Assembly: GCA_963834385.1 (NCBI GenBank)
Contig: CAWIBO010000005.1
Coordinates: forward strand, 320,001 to 384,000
DNA length: 64,000 nt
Source: an uncultured Verrucomicrobiae bacterium
GTDB lineage: Bacteria > Verrucomicrobiota > Verrucomicrobiia > Chthoniobacterales > UBA10450
Direction of reading: 5' to 3'
Shown here: piece by piece, positions 19,921 through 29,915 of the stretch
Position numbering within the stretch: position 1 is the stretch's first letter
How the letters are laid out: every line of letters begins with the position of its first letter
Translations under genes and position numbers: made by a program
The notes under the pieces: generated by a model
What the model was told of the DNA's origin: nothing
Seen by the model: only the letters and a program-made list of their open reading frames with translations
The model's database searches: none

Positions 19921-20523
19921 GTGAAGGCACCGGAGATTGAGCCGCGGCTGGCGCCACCCGGCGCCGGACTTCCCGCGCTGGAGCTGTTCATTGTGCGGAT
20001 CCTGTTTGGTCTGAACCGGCGGCTGGGGAACCGGGAGGGGTTTACCGCCCGTTTCCTGGAACAGCGGCGGCAGATTCGCCGGCTGATTGAGGAAACGGAC
20101 CCGGCAGATCGCGGTCGGCGGGTCCTGATCAAGCGTCCGCCCGGGTTGGAGGAGAGCAGCCGTTATTGGTCGGTGCTGATGACGCTGGATCACCTGCGGA
20201 TTGTGCATCGCGAGTTTGCCCGGATCATTGCCGACCTGGCGGCGGGTCGAAAGCCGGAGGGAGAAGCGAGCACCGCGGCGGTCAAGCCAGGCCCGGCGGC
20301 AGGACCGTCGGTCATCGGCGCGTATGAGGATTCGTGCGAGCAGTTGCTCGCGACGGTGGCGGCGGCGTCCGATCTCAGGACGCCGGTTCGCTTCGCGCAT
20401 CCCTGGTTTGGTCCCCTCGACGCGGCGGGCTGGCATGCGCTGGCCGGCGGCCACATGGCGATCCACCGGGTGCAGATCGAACGAATTCGCGCGGGGCTGT
20501 GTGATCTCAAGAAAGCCGAATGA
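19921..20523 (+). CDS. DinB family protein
   Basis: WSV.M.LDHL, HPWFGPLDAAGW....HMAIH..Q motifs. Confidence 0.8.
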   Translation: MKAPEIEPRLAPPGAGLPALELFIVRILFGLNRRLGNREGFTARFLEQRRQIRRLIEETDPADRGRRVLIKRPPGLEESSRYWSVLMTLDHLRIVHREFARIIADLAAGRKPEGEASTAAVKPGPAAGPSVIGAYEDSCEQLLATVAAASDLRTPVRFAHPWFGPLDAAGWHALAGGHMAIHRVQIERIRAGLCDLKKAE

Positions 20524-20573
20524 CCTCGGGAGGATGGTTGACTTCCGCCTTCCTCTGCCCTCGAATTTGCGGA

Positions 20574-21056
20574 ATGAAGCCTCTTCTCCTGCTCGTCATG
20601 GTCGCGTTCGCGTGCTCACCTTGTCTCGCCACGGAAATATCCACGGCTCCGGCCGCGACGGAACTGACTGCGCTCCTGCGGGAATTTCTCGCCGGCGCGT
20701 CCAAGGATGACGTGGCAGTGCATGACCGGTTCTGGGCGGAGGACCTGATCTACACCGGCTCGGTCGGCCGCCGCCTTGGCAAATCCGAAATCATGGCGGA
20801 GGTGCGGAAGGAAGCCGCGGCGTCTGCGAAGCCGGAAGAGGGCACGACCGTGTATACCGCCGAGGAGATCCGGGTGCAGCAATATGGCGACACCGCGATT
20901 GTCGCCTTTCGTCTGGTCGGGACGACCACCAAGGAGGGAAAAACGGAAGTCGCGCATTACCTGAACTCCGGGACGTTTTTGAAACGCTCCGGCGAGTGGC
21001 GCGTGGTCAACTGGCAGGCAACGAAGATGCCGGCGGAAGAAGCGAAGAAGGAATAG
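20574..21056 (+). CDS. Secreted NTF2-like (DUF4440) protein
   Basis: Signal peptide; WAEDLIYTGS.G...K, VQQYGDTAIV, FLKRSGEWRVVNWQAT. Confidence 0.85.
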   Translation: MKPLLLLVMVAFACSPCLATEISTAPAATELTALLREFLAGASKDDVAVHDRFWAEDLIYTGSVGRRLGKSEIMAEVRKEAAASAKPEEGTTVYTAEEIRVQQYGDTAIVAFRLVGTTTKEGKTEVAHYLNSGTFLKRSGEWRVVNWQATKMPAEEAKKE

Positions 21057-21116
21057 GGAGCGGCGCGCGCGCAGGGAAGAATTGACGAGGCGCAGGACAA
21101 CTCGCACGGTCAGCTT

Positions 21117-21596
21117 ATGAAACGTCTTTGCCTTCTCGGAACTCTCCTTGCGCTGAATTTTTCACCGGGCGCCTGGGCCGGTCCGACGATTGAGGCCGTC
21201 GTGGCGGTCGACCAGAAGACGAAGCCCACCGACACCTTCTCACCTGATGCCGCGAAGCTGTATGCCTTCTTTCGCAGCACCGGGCTGCAGGAGGGCGACA
21301 AAGTGCGCGCGGTCTGGATCGCCGAGGATGTGGGCACGGCCGCACCGGCCAACACCAAGATCGACGAAGCCAGCCTGACCGCGAACGGGGAGGGATTCCA
21401 TGGAGCGTTCAGCCTGAGCCGGCCGGACAAGGGATGGCCGCCGGGCCGTTATCGAGTCGACATTTATCTCGGCGAAAAAGTGGCCACGAGCGTGAAGTTC
21501 ACCATCACGGAAGGCGAAGCCGAAGCCGAAGCCAAAGCCGGGGAGGGGGATGAAGGCGAGCCGGAGAATCCATGGCGGGAAGAAGAGCAGGAGTAA
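21117..21596 (+). CDS. Hypothetical secreted beta-sandwich protein with acidic tail
   Basis: Signal peptide ending AWA; F.PD..K.Y, W.AEDVG, GWPPG.YRVDIYL. Confidence 0.7.
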   Translation: MKRLCLLGTLLALNFSPGAWAGPTIEAVVAVDQKTKPTDTFSPDAAKLYAFFRSTGLQEGDKVRAVWIAEDVGTAAPANTKIDEASLTANGEGFHGAFSLSRPDKGWPPGRYRVDIYLGEKVATSVKFTITEGEAEAEAKAGEGDEGEPENPWREEEQE

Positions 21597-21629
21597 GTCG
21601 CGTTTGAGGGCGCGACAGTCGGGCCGCAG

Positions 21630-22085
21630 GTGAGCAAGGCGTTTACGAAAGAGGATGTTGATCCGCCGGAGCGGACCGGCCGGGCCCGTTCGGCCTCGGG
21701 CCTCCCGCCGGGCGCCACCAATTACATCACTGCGGCCGGGGCGCGACGGCTGCGACGCCGGTGCGAGGAACATCGGCAGGCCGGAGCGCGTGAGCGGGCG
21801 GAGGAACTGGAGCAGGTCCTGCGGGAGGTCACCGTGGTGGAACCGCCGGAGCAACCCGACCGGAGCGTCGGGTTCGGTGCGCGCGTGCACGTGCGCGCGA
21901 AGGATGGGCGCGCCGCGGTTTACCAGATCGTTGGCGTGGAGGAACTCGATCAGCCGGAAGCGTTGAGCTGGCTTTCGCCGGATGGCCGGACGCTCCTCGC
22001 CGCCGGAGAAGGCGATCGGGTCACCCTCGAATCCCTCGGCCCGGCCACGATCGAACGGGTCGAGTATCCGGCGGCGCAACCGTAG
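21630..22085 (+). CDS. GreA/GreB family elongation factor-like protein
   Basis: MSKAFTKE, NYITAAG, VGFGARV, YQIVGVEE, LSWLSP.GR.L...GD.V. Confidence 0.8.
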   Translation: MSKAFTKEDVDPPERTGRARSASGLPPGATNYITAAGARRLRRRCEEHRQAGARERAEELEQVLREVTVVEPPEQPDRSVGFGARVHVRAKDGRAAVYQIVGVEELDQPEALSWLSPDGRTLLAAGEGDRVTLESLGPATIERVEYPAAQP

Positions 22086-22103
22086 CGGCGGCCGGCAACG
22101 GAC

Positions 22104-23324
22104 TCAGGCTGTTTTCCCGGCCAGGACGCGGATGGCTTCGACCAGGCGGGTGATCTCGGCGCTGCTGGTGTAGCAGGCGCAGCCCACCCGGATAAAACCT
22201 GTTTCGCCGACGCCGTAGCGTTGCGCCACGGTGCTGGCGTAGAAGTCGCCGTGCGAGGCAAAGATTCCGTGATCCACGAGCGCCGCGGCCACGGTCGCGG
22301 GAGATTGACCGTCTATGGTGAAGGAAAGGGTCGGGGTCCGGGCCTCCCCGGGGCCGGGACCGTAAAGCCGAAGGCCGGGGATCTCGTGCAGCCCGGACCA
22401 AAGCTGCGCAAAGAGATTGGCCGCCCGCTCGTGCAACAGGGCAAAGGCATTGCCGAGTCGAGCACGCAAGGTTTCGCCGTCCGCGAGCGATCCAAGGAAC
22501 CGGACGGCCGCGGCCGCCCCGGCAATTCCCTCGAAATTGCCGGTGCCGGTCTCGAGCCGGTCCGGGACGGTGTCGGGCGCCGGCTCCAGTTTCGGCAGGT
22601 CGAGTTTCGCCAGGAGATCGCCTTTGCCATAGAGGATGCCGACATGCGGCCCGTAGAACTTATAGGCTGAGCAGGCCAGGAAATCGCAGTCGAGCGCGCG
22701 CACATCGACGAGCTGATGCGGGGCGTAATGCACCGCGTCGACGAAGGTGAGCGCGCCGTGATCATGCGCCATGCGGGCGGCACGGCGGACATCGGTGATG
22801 GTGCCGAGGGCGTTGGAAGCCGCGCCGATGGCGAGCAGCCTGGTCCGCCCGGTGAAAAGCCCGGCCAGGTGTTCCCAATCGAGCTGACCCGTCTCGGGAA
22901 TCATGCGCGCCACCCGAATCTGAAGGCCGCGCTCCGTTTCGAGCGCGCGCCACGGGGCGATGTTGGCGTGGTGATCGAGCTCGGTGACAATGATCTCGTC
23001 GCCTGCCTGCCATTCCCGCCCAAGAGCGCGCGCAAGATGAAAGGTCAGCGTGGTCATGTTCGCCCCGAAAGCGATCTCGGCCGGGGCAGCGTTGAGAAAA
23101 GTGGCCAGGGTCTCGCGCGCCCCGGCGACGAGAGCGTCCGTCTCGACACTGGTGGGAAAGGCCCAGTGGGTGTTGCCGTTGTGATGCAGCAGGTAATCCG
23201 AGACCGCCTCGGCCACCGCCCGCGGCACCTGTGTTCCCCCCGGCCCGTCGAAATAGGCCACCGGTTTGCCGGCGTGGCGCCGGGCGAGGGCAGGGAACTC
23301 AGCGCGAATCTGGTCAACGGTCAT
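22104..23324 (-). CDS. Cysteine desulfurase-like PLP enzyme (aminotransferase class V)
   Basis: YFDGPGGTQVP, LDHHAN, VDAVHYAPH, CSAYKFYGPH, ETGT; lacks the SufS RxGxHC catalytic Cys. Confidence 0.9.
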   Translation of the reverse strand: MTVDQIRAEFPALARRHAGKPVAYFDGPGGTQVPRAVAEAVSDYLLHHNGNTHWAFPTSVETDALVAGARETLATFLNAAPAEIAFGANMTTLTFHLARALGREWQAGDEIIVTELDHHANIAPWRALETERGLQIRVARMIPETGQLDWEHLAGLFTGRTRLLAIGAASNALGTITDVRRAARMAHDHGALTFVDAVHYAPHQLVDVRALDCDFLACSAYKFYGPHVGILYGKGDLLAKLDLPKLEPAPDTVPDRLETGTGNFEGIAGAAAAVRFLGSLADGETLRARLGNAFALLHERAANLFAQLWSGLHEIPGLRLYGPGPGEARTPTLSFTIDGQSPATVAAALVDHGIFASHGDFYASTVAQRYGVGETGFIRVGCACYTSSAEITRLVEAIRVLAGKTA

Positions 23325-23432
23325 GGGCGCAAACGTATCCCGTTTTCCCGGCGCCGCCGCCCCGAAGTCGCCATCACGCCGCGACCGCCCGCTTGTGCGG
23401 ACGGTCGCGCGTGAAAGATGAAACGTCCGACC

Positions 23433-23609
23433 TTAGAGGCCGGCGCGGTTCTTAAACCTCTCCGAGAGGATAAAAAGCGTCGGGGCCCAGAGACCGACGA
23501 AGATGGCAAGGCGCTGGCCCGTGGCCGCATCGGCATTCGGGAAAACGAACCAGAGGGCGAGGGAGAGAAGGATGGAAAGGCATCCGGCGATGAAGAAGAG
23601 TGTGCTCAT
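23433..23609 (-). CDS. Small two-TM membrane protein, 58 aa (absent from ORF track)
   Basis: Manual translation: MSTLFFIAGCLSILLSLALWFVFPNADAATGQRLAIFVGLWAPTLFILSERFKNRAGL*. Confidence 0.7.
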   Translation of the reverse strand: MSTLFFIAGCLSILLSLALWFVFPNADAATGQRLAIFVGLWAPTLFILSERFKNRAGL

Positions 23610-23723
23610 AATGTTTGGTCTGTGGTGATGGTTGGACGCTCAGGAGTAAAGAGAGAGCGTCGTCTTGCCCAGCCTATTCGTAGGAATGTCATGAGGAAGA
23701 GCCGCGCCGGCGTAGAGTGGACC

Positions 23724-24749
23724 ATGCCCAAGCGATCCCCGGCCCAGCCCTCCGCTCCGCTGCGCCTCGGGTTCCCGGTGAAGGTGATGGGCCGGGAAGG
23801 ATTGAAGAGCAACGACACCCGACGCTGGCAGAAAAAGCCGCACCTCCGCACCTCAATCGAGTATTTGCACGCCATCTTCGCCTACCTCGAAAAGGCGGGT
23901 CTCGGGATGTATCGGATCTCGAGCGACATTGCCCCTTACCTGACGCACCCGGAGAAACCAGAGTTCCGTCACCAGATCCGGGAGGCCCGGGCCGACCTGG
24001 TCGCGCTCGGGCGCGAAGCGCACCGCCTCGGGCTGCGCCTCTCCTTTCACCCGTCGCAATACATCATCCTGAATACGCCCGACGAAAAACTGCTGCGGCA
24101 GAGCATCCATGACGTCGAGAGCCAGGCTGAGATGCTTGAGGTGATGGGTCTCGGCCCCGAGGCACGCGTGGTCATCCATGTCGGCGGCCTCTACGACGAT
24201 CGCGAGGCGGCCCGCGAACGCTGGATGCAGACCTATGAAAAGCGTCTTTCCGACCGGGTCCGGCGTTATCTTGCCCTTGAGAACGACGACATCTCGTTCG
24301 ATGCCGCGGATGTCCTCGCCATCCATCGGCGGGTGGGGGTGCCCCTGATCTTTGATCACCAGCATTTCTGGTGTTTGAACCGGGAAAGGCTGGAGATGCG
24401 CGCGACGGTGGAAATGTTCCTGCGTTCGTGGCCGGCGGGGGTTCGCCCAAAGATTCATTTCTCCTCCCCGCGCACGGAATTGCGGGAACTGGTCCAGCGG
24501 GACCCGGCGACGCGCCGGAACCGGAAGGTGCTGAAACCTCCGCTTTTGACCGGGCACGCTGACTACACCAACCCCTTTGAATTCACCTACTTCATGCGGG
24601 CGATGGAGGGGCTGGAGTTTGACGTCATGCTGGAGGCGAAGATGAAAGATCTGGCAGTGCTGCGGCTGCGGCGGGACCTGGTCCGGAGCGCGCCGGAGGT
24701 GGCGGAACGGTTTGGCCTGGAAGAGGGAAGCGACGGGAAGCCGAAGTGA
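23724..24749 (+). CDS. uvsE: UV DNA damage repair endonuclease
   Basis: YRISSD, LRLSFHPSQY, IHVGG.Y, LENDD, FDHQH, PKIHFSS, HADY, DVMLEAK.KDLA. Confidence 0.92.
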   Translation: MPKRSPAQPSAPLRLGFPVKVMGREGLKSNDTRRWQKKPHLRTSIEYLHAIFAYLEKAGLGMYRISSDIAPYLTHPEKPEFRHQIREARADLVALGREAHRLGLRLSFHPSQYIILNTPDEKLLRQSIHDVESQAEMLEVMGLGPEARVVIHVGGLYDDREAARERWMQTYEKRLSDRVRRYLALENDDISFDAADVLAIHRRVGVPLIFDHQHFWCLNRERLEMRATVEMFLRSWPAGVRPKIHFSSPRTELRELVQRDPATRRNRKVLKPPLLTGHADYTNPFEFTYFMRAMEGLEFDVMLEAKMKDLAVLRLRRDLVRSAPEVAERFGLEEGSDGKPK

Positions 24750-24887
24750 GTCAGGTTATACCGCAGACACAATAAATACGGGTGTAACAGTCACAGGAAT
24801 GTGAGGTTACGGCTGACATAAAACGCGGGGAAAATCGGCCCGGGGGGCGGCGAGGCTTGCATGGGGGGCCATCCCGCCCCAACATGA

Positions 24888-25367
24888 ATGATGGCTATAG
24901 AAAAAGCGACATTCGGCGCCGGGTGCTTCTGGGGCGTGGAGGCGACCTTCCGCAAAATCGAGGGTGTGAAAGAGGCCCTCGTCGGCTACGCCGGCGGGAA
25001 GACGGAGAACCCGACCTATGAGGAGGTCTGCACGGACCGGACCGGGCATGCCGAGGTGGTGCAGGTCGAGTTCGACCCGGCCGTGATCAGTTTCGAGAAA
25101 TTGGTCTACGTTTTCTTTGCCAACCACGATCCGACGACGTTGAACCGCCAGGGGCCGGACGTGGGCACGCAGTATCGGTCGGTCATTTTTTATCATTCGC
25201 CGGAGCAGAAAGAGACCGCGGAGAAGGCGACGGCCACCCTGCAGGAGGCCGCCAGTTTTCCGCGCCCGATCGTGACGCAGATCGAGCCGGCCCCGAAATT
25301 TTATCCGGCGGAGGAATATCACCAGCGCTACCTCGAAAAGCGCGGCCAGACGCATTGCGCGGTCTGA
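24888..25367 (+). CDS. msrA: Peptide methionine sulfoxide reductase A
   Basis: GAGCFWGVE, GYAGG, TGHAE, NRQGPDVGTQYRS, AEEYHQRY. Confidence 0.97.
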   Translation: MMAIEKATFGAGCFWGVEATFRKIEGVKEALVGYAGGKTENPTYEEVCTDRTGHAEVVQVEFDPAVISFEKLVYVFFANHDPTTLNRQGPDVGTQYRSVIFYHSPEQKETAEKATATLQEAASFPRPIVTQIEPAPKFYPAEEYHQRYLEKRGQTHCAV

Positions 25368-25380
25368 ACCGGAAAGATTG

Positions 25381-26085
25381 ATGGTGAGCGAAGTTATTCG
25401 GACCAAAAAATTTGCCGCGGACGCGGCGGAATTCATTTTGCAGGAAGCCCGGTCGGCTCTCGGAGAGGGAGGCCAGTTTCGGATTGCGCTCTCGGGCGGG
25501 AAAACACCGCGGCCGGTTTACGAGGAGCTGGCGCGGCGCGGCCATGATCTGCCGTGGGAAAGGGTTCTGTTTACCTTTGGCGATGAACGCTGCGTCCCGC
25601 CGGACGACAAGGAGAGCAACTTTCGCATGGCGAACGAGGCGCTCTTCAAACCGGCCGGGGTGCCCTCGGATTCGATTGTGCGCATGGAAGGGGAGGCTGA
25701 ACCGGCGGTGGCAGCCCGGAAATATGAGGACGCGCTCGCGCTCCTGGCGATCCAGCACGCGGAAGTGATCTACCGGCACGACCTGATCCTGCTGGGGATG
25801 GGCGAGGATGGGCACACCGCCTCGCTTTTCCCGGAGACGGCCGCGCTGGACGAGCAGACGCGCACGGTCGCGGCCAACCACGTCCCGAAGCTGGAGGCGT
25901 GGCGGCTGACCTTTACCTTCCCGCTGATTGCCGCGGCGAAAAAGGTCCTTTTCCTGATCGACGCCGCGAAACATGGCGCGGTCCTGGAGAAAGTGCTGAA
26001 GGGTGACGCCAGCTATCCGGCGGGACGGGTGGAGACGCTGGGCGCGGAAGTGACCTGGATGCTCGACGACAAATCGTCGAAGTAA
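25381..26085 (+). CDS. pgl: 6-phosphogluconolactonase
   Basis: ALSGGKTP, FGDERCVP, SNFRMA, LLGMGEDGHTASLFP, RLTFT. Confidence 0.95.
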   Translation: MVSEVIRTKKFAADAAEFILQEARSALGEGGQFRIALSGGKTPRPVYEELARRGHDLPWERVLFTFGDERCVPPDDKESNFRMANEALFKPAGVPSDSIVRMEGEAEPAVAARKYEDALALLAIQHAEVIYRHDLILLGMGEDGHTASLFPETAALDEQTRTVAANHVPKLEAWRLTFTFPLIAAAKKVLFLIDAAKHGAVLEKVLKGDASYPAGRVETLGAEVTWMLDDKSSK

Positions 26086-26112
26086 CGGGCGGCGGCGATC
26101 CGCCGCGCGCGG

Positions 26113-26526
26113 CTAGTATTCCTCGCCGGGATCCTGCTTCGGCTGATTCGGCGTCACGCGGTCTTCGATGCCCCAGACGTGGAACATGACCCCGAACCAA
26201 AAAATCGGGAGGAGACCCAGGCCAAAGCCGGCGGTGAAAGTGGCGATGAGGCCCGCAAGGCCGACGGCCATCGGCGTGCCGACGAACATGAGAAGAAGGC
26301 CGATGACCTTGTAGCCCTTGTAAATGTGGCCGAGCCCCGGCATGACGCTCAGGAGCACCGCCACCGCGTCGCTGGCCTTGCCCTCGACCGATTCGTCCAC
26401 TCCCTGTTGTTCCCAGTCACATTGATCGCAACTCTGCGCCTCTTCCGGCAGGATGTGGCCGCAAAGCGGGCAGGGTTTCTGGCGGGCCGCCGGGAGCGGC
26501 TGCGTCGGGGCATCGGTATATTCCAC
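26113..26526 (-). CDS. Hypothetical zinc-ribbon plus TM2-like membrane protein
   Basis: CPLC...CDQC ribbon; LLSVMPGLGHIY.G followed by TM helices; GTG start with an AGGAGG RBS. Confidence 0.7.
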   Translation of the reverse strand: MEYTDAPTQPLPAARQKPCPLCGHILPEEAQSCDQCDWEQQGVDESVEGKASDAVAVLLSVMPGLGHIYKGYKVIGLLLMFVGTPMAVGLAGLIATFTAGFGLGLLPIFWFGVMFHVWGIEDRVTPNQPKQDPGEEY

Positions 26527-26614
26527 GGTGGTTCCTCCTTCGAAAAAGCGTGGCTAACCGTCACCAGCCGGAAGGGCGGAGTCAAGAAAAAGGCCGCAGG
26601 GCCGTGCAGGTGAA

Positions 26615-27043
26615 CTAGGAGGCGGCCGGGCCGCGGACGCGCGCGCGCAGGGCCGGCCGGCGTTCCAGCTCACTCGTCAGGCGCTCGATGGCGACGAGTG
26701 TGGCCGGGCTGATGTGGTGTTCCATTCCCTCGACATCATGCTCGATCACTTTCTCCTCCACCCCGAGCAGCCGGAGGAACCCGGTGAGCAACTCGTGCCG
26801 CCGCATGATGGAGCGGGCCACCTTTTCGCCCGCCTCGGTCAGGACGAGTCCGCGATATTTTTCGTATTTCACCAGGCCTTCGCTGTCGAGGCGCTGGATC
26901 ATGTTGGTGACGCTGGCCTGAGAAATCTTGAGGGACCGGGCGATATCGACCACGCGGGCGTAACCCTTGGCGTCGATTAGTTCGAGGATGCGCTCCAGGT
27001 AATCCTCGGCGGCGGAAGTGGGCGTGGCGGCTTTAGCGGGCAT
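26615..27043 (-). CDS. mntR: DtxR/MntR family metal-dependent repressor
   Basis: EDYLE.I..L, ARVVDIA..L.IS.ASVT.MI.RL, LT..G, RRHE.L, DVEGMEHHIS. Confidence 0.92.
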   Translation of the reverse strand: MPAKAATPTSAAEDYLERILELIDAKGYARVVDIARSLKISQASVTNMIQRLDSEGLVKYEKYRGLVLTEAGEKVARSIMRRHELLTGFLRLLGVEEKVIEHDVEGMEHHISPATLVAIERLTSELERRPALRARVRGPAAS

Positions 27044-28022
27044 GGAGCGGGCGGGGAAAGGCGTCGGCTGGTTTATCGGGGTCGGCGGAACGGCGGCGGC
27101 GGAGAAGCTGACGGAGGAGTCCGTCGCGCGGGCCGAAGATCCAGGCGAGCAGGAAAAGGAACGCGCCGGCCACGACCATGGCGCCGGCAATGGAACACTC
27201 GAGCCAGACGGCGAGATGAATCCCCATGAGCGAGGAGAGCGCCGCGTGCAGCACGCTCAGGAACAGCACGCGCGGCAGGCGCACGGAGAGAAGCGAGGCG
27301 GTAGCGCCGGGGAGAATAAGCATGGCGATGACCAGAATGGCGCCAACGGATTCAAAGGCGCTCACGACCACGACGGAGAGCATGGCCATGAGGGTGTAAT
27401 GCATCACGGTGGCGTTGACGCCGAGGGAAGCGGCCAGGCCGGAATCGAAGGAGCTGACCAGCAGTTCCTTGTAGAAAAAGAGAATGAGCAGGATGACGAG
27501 GAAAGCCACCGCGGCCATGCGCACGACCGGGGCCGGGGCGAGGCTGAGCTGGCCGAGCCGGACCAGCGGCTCGAGCGGGATAAAGGCGATTTCGCCGTAA
27601 AGAACGCATTCCTGGTCGAGATCAACCCGGTCGGCATACAGGCTGACGAGGATGACCCCGAAGGCGAAGAGGGAGGAGAAAGCGATCCCGATGGCGGCGT
27701 CCTGTTTCACGCGCGTCTTCTTGTGGATGACCTCGATGATCACCGTGGTGAGGATGCCGGCAATGAGCGCGCCGGTGAACATGGCGAGAGTGTTGCGGCT
27801 TTGGGCGAGAAGAAAGGCGAGAACAAGCCCCGGGAGGACGCTGTGGCTGATGGCATCGCCGACGAGGGACATGCGGCGGAGAATAAGGTAATTGCCGATG
27901 AGGCCGCACGCGGTCGCGACCAGGAAACCCATGAGCCCGATCCAGAAGAAGCTCTGGAACCCGCTCGTCCAGGGCTCGACGAAGACGCGGCTGAATTGGA
28001 AAGGCGGGATGAGCTGGCTCAC
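27033..28022 (-). CDS. Mn/Zn ABC transporter permease (TroD/MntD-like)
   Basis: LRRMSLVGDAISHSVLPG, DAAIGI, ELL..SFD, AFESVGAILVIAMLI; GTG start overlaps the upstream stop. Confidence 0.9.
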   Translation of the reverse strand: MSQLIPPFQFSRVFVEPWTSGFQSFFWIGLMGFLVATACGLIGNYLILRRMSLVGDAISHSVLPGLVLAFLLAQSRNTLAMFTGALIAGILTTVIIEVIHKKTRVKQDAAIGIAFSSLFAFGVILVSLYADRVDLDQECVLYGEIAFIPLEPLVRLGQLSLAPAPVVRMAAVAFLVILLILFFYKELLVSSFDSGLAASLGVNATVMHYTLMAMLSVVVVSAFESVGAILVIAMLILPGATASLLSVRLPRVLFLSVLHAALSSLMGIHLAVWLECSIAGAMVVAGAFLFLLAWIFGPRDGLLRQLLRRRRSADPDKPADAFPRPLHAR

Positions 28023-29523
28023 AAAGGTCGCGGGTTGGGGGCCGGGTAAATGTCGCCCAGGCCGGGAATAAGGCGTCCATGCGGATCGCGCCGGGCAAAC
28101 TGCAGGCGGCGCTCCAGGTCGCGCACCGTCTCGAGACCGAGGACGTGCTCGATTTTCTCGGCTTCCTCGTGCACGTGGTCGCTCGCGTATTGCATGGCGT
28201 TGGTCAGGTAAAGTTCCCAGAGACGGTGGTTGCGGACGATTTCGCAGGCGCGCTGCCAGCCCACCGGGGTGAAGAAAAGGACGTTGCCGGCTTCGTGCGT
28301 CGTGACAAATCCGTGCCGGACGAGGGCGGCGGTGCGCGTTCGCGCCTCCTCGAGACTTTCCTGTCGCAGCTCGGCCAGCTCGCGCAGCGAAACGCCTTCC
28401 GGCCGGAAATCGCGTTCCTCGAGGACGCGGTAGACGGTCTTGAGCGTGTTCTCGCGCTGGATACGTTCGCCGCGGGAACGGTGCCGCCACCAGCGCACGG
28501 CCACCCCGTGCCGCGGGCCGAAGAAGAAGGCGGCCACAAAGACCGCGCTCGCGCCGAGGACCATGAGGGGGCCGGTCGGGAGCGAGTTGCCGACAAAGGA
28601 AAAGAACGCGCCCAACACTCCCGCGAGCATGCCGAAGAGCGACGCGAGCAGGAGCATCCAGTGCATCCGGTCGGTCAGCAGATAGGCGGCGGCGGCGGGC
28701 GTGATGAGCATGGCGGAAACGAGCACCACCCCGACCGCCTGGAGCGCGACCACCACGGCAAACGCCAGGAGCAGCATCAGCCCATGATGAAGCCAGACCG
28801 CGGGCAGGCCGATGGACCGCGAAAAACCGGCATCGAAGCTGGCCACGAGGAATTCCTTGTAAAGGAGGACGATGACCGCCGCGACCACCAGGGTGATGAT
28901 GCTCATGAGCTGCACGTCGGCCGCGCTGATGGCGGCGGCCTGCCCAAAGAGAAACTTGTCGATGCCGCTTTTGTTCCCAGTCGGGAGCCGCTGGATCATG
29001 GTGACGAGGCAGATGCCGACGGCGAAGAAGGAGGCGAGGACAAGGCCAAGGGCGGCGTCCTCCTTCAACCGGGTGGTCTGTTTGATCAGGCCGACCACGG
29101 TGGTCCCGAGGAGCCCGGCGATGGTGGCGCCGAGGAAAATGGCGAAGGGATCCTTGGTCTGGGCCCAGAGAAAACCGGCGGCGACGCCGGGAAGAACGGC
29201 ATGCGAAAGCGTGTCGCCGACCAGGGCCATGCGCCGGACGACGATGAAGCTGCCGAGCAACCCGCAGGTGAAACCAAGGAGGAGCGAGCCGATCAAGGCA
29301 TAACGCAGGGAGGGATCCTGGAAGGTGAAAAAGCGGAGAGCCTGTTCCGCCACGGTGGTCTGCGTGACCTCGCTGACGCGCGCCGCCTGGGCGGAGAGGG
29401 GGAGGAGGAGGAGAAGAAGAGAAGAAGAGGGTGGAGGATGGAGGGTGGAGGCTGGAAGCGTGAATGGTGAATCGTGAATGGTGAATGGTGTTTCACGATC
29501 CGGTAGGCGGCGGGGGAGCTCAT
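28019..29523 (-). CDS. Mn/Zn ABC permease fused to a C-terminal DtxR-like domain (TroC/YtgC-like); start uncertain, probable frameshift in low-complexity N-terminus near 29410
   Basis: RRMALVGDTLSHAVLPG, LKEDAALG, LFGQAA; C-terminal RNHRLWELYL...HVHEEAEKIEH...DPHGRLIP. ATG at 29523 overlaps the upstream stop but reads in another frame until the CTT/CTC run. Confidence 0.85.
29428..29490. repeat. 9 x 7-bp degenerate tandem repeat (AGGRTGG then AATSGTG units)
   Basis: agggtgg aggatgg agggtgg aggctgg aagcgtg aatggtg aatcgtg aatggtg aatggtg. Confidence 0.9.
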
Positions 29524-29915
29524 GGTGCGTCCTCCTTGATGCGAGAGCCGCAGAAGTCGTCTGCCCGCGCAATCATCCGATGGAGCATCGCGCCAACATG
29601 CTGCCAGGCGGCATCACGCTCCTTGAACTGATCATCATCGATGTAGCCGGCGTCCAGGGCGTCATCCAGCCATGATTGCGTTTCCGTGGCCTCGGCGATG
29701 GCGTCAGTGAGTTTGCTGACAAAAGCGGCGGGATATCTTCGTTTGGCCCACGCCTCGGCCACCATGGCTTTGACCGCCCGGGAAGAGCGGCGCACCTGGT
29801 CGGTCAGGGAATATTTTTCCTCGGGCGGAAAGGCTTTGCTGATCCCAAGGATCAACCCCGCCTCGGTCCGGGCGAGTTGATAAACCTTCAAGTCACGAAA
29901 TGTTCGGATTTCCAT
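29520..29915 (-). CDS. Four-helix bundle protein (23S rRNA intervening-sequence protein/S23 family)
   Basis: F.DL.VYQ.A, FP.EEKYSLTDQVRRSSR.V....AEAW.KRRY...F.SKL.D...EA.ET..WL signature. Confidence 0.92.
   Translation of the reverse strand: MEIRTFRDLKVYQLARTEAGLILGISKAFPPEEKYSLTDQVRRSSRAVKAMVAEAWAKRRYPAAFVSKLTDAIAEATETQSWLDDALDAGYIDDDQFKERDAAWQHVGAMLHRMIARADDFCGSRIKEDAP

Noticed and set aside
23674..23690. LexA box upstream of uvsE (TATTC-GTAG-GAATG)
   Set aside because: Three mismatches to TGTTC-N4-GAACA; too weak to call
23418..23723. N-terminal extension of UvsE in the ORF track
   Set aside because: Overlaps a better-supported small minus-strand gene; UvsE similarity begins near 23724
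29520..29915. Avd of a diversity-generating retroelement
   Set aside because: No reverse transcriptase and no TR/VR pair differing at adenines; the 46147/49598 repeats differ at all base types
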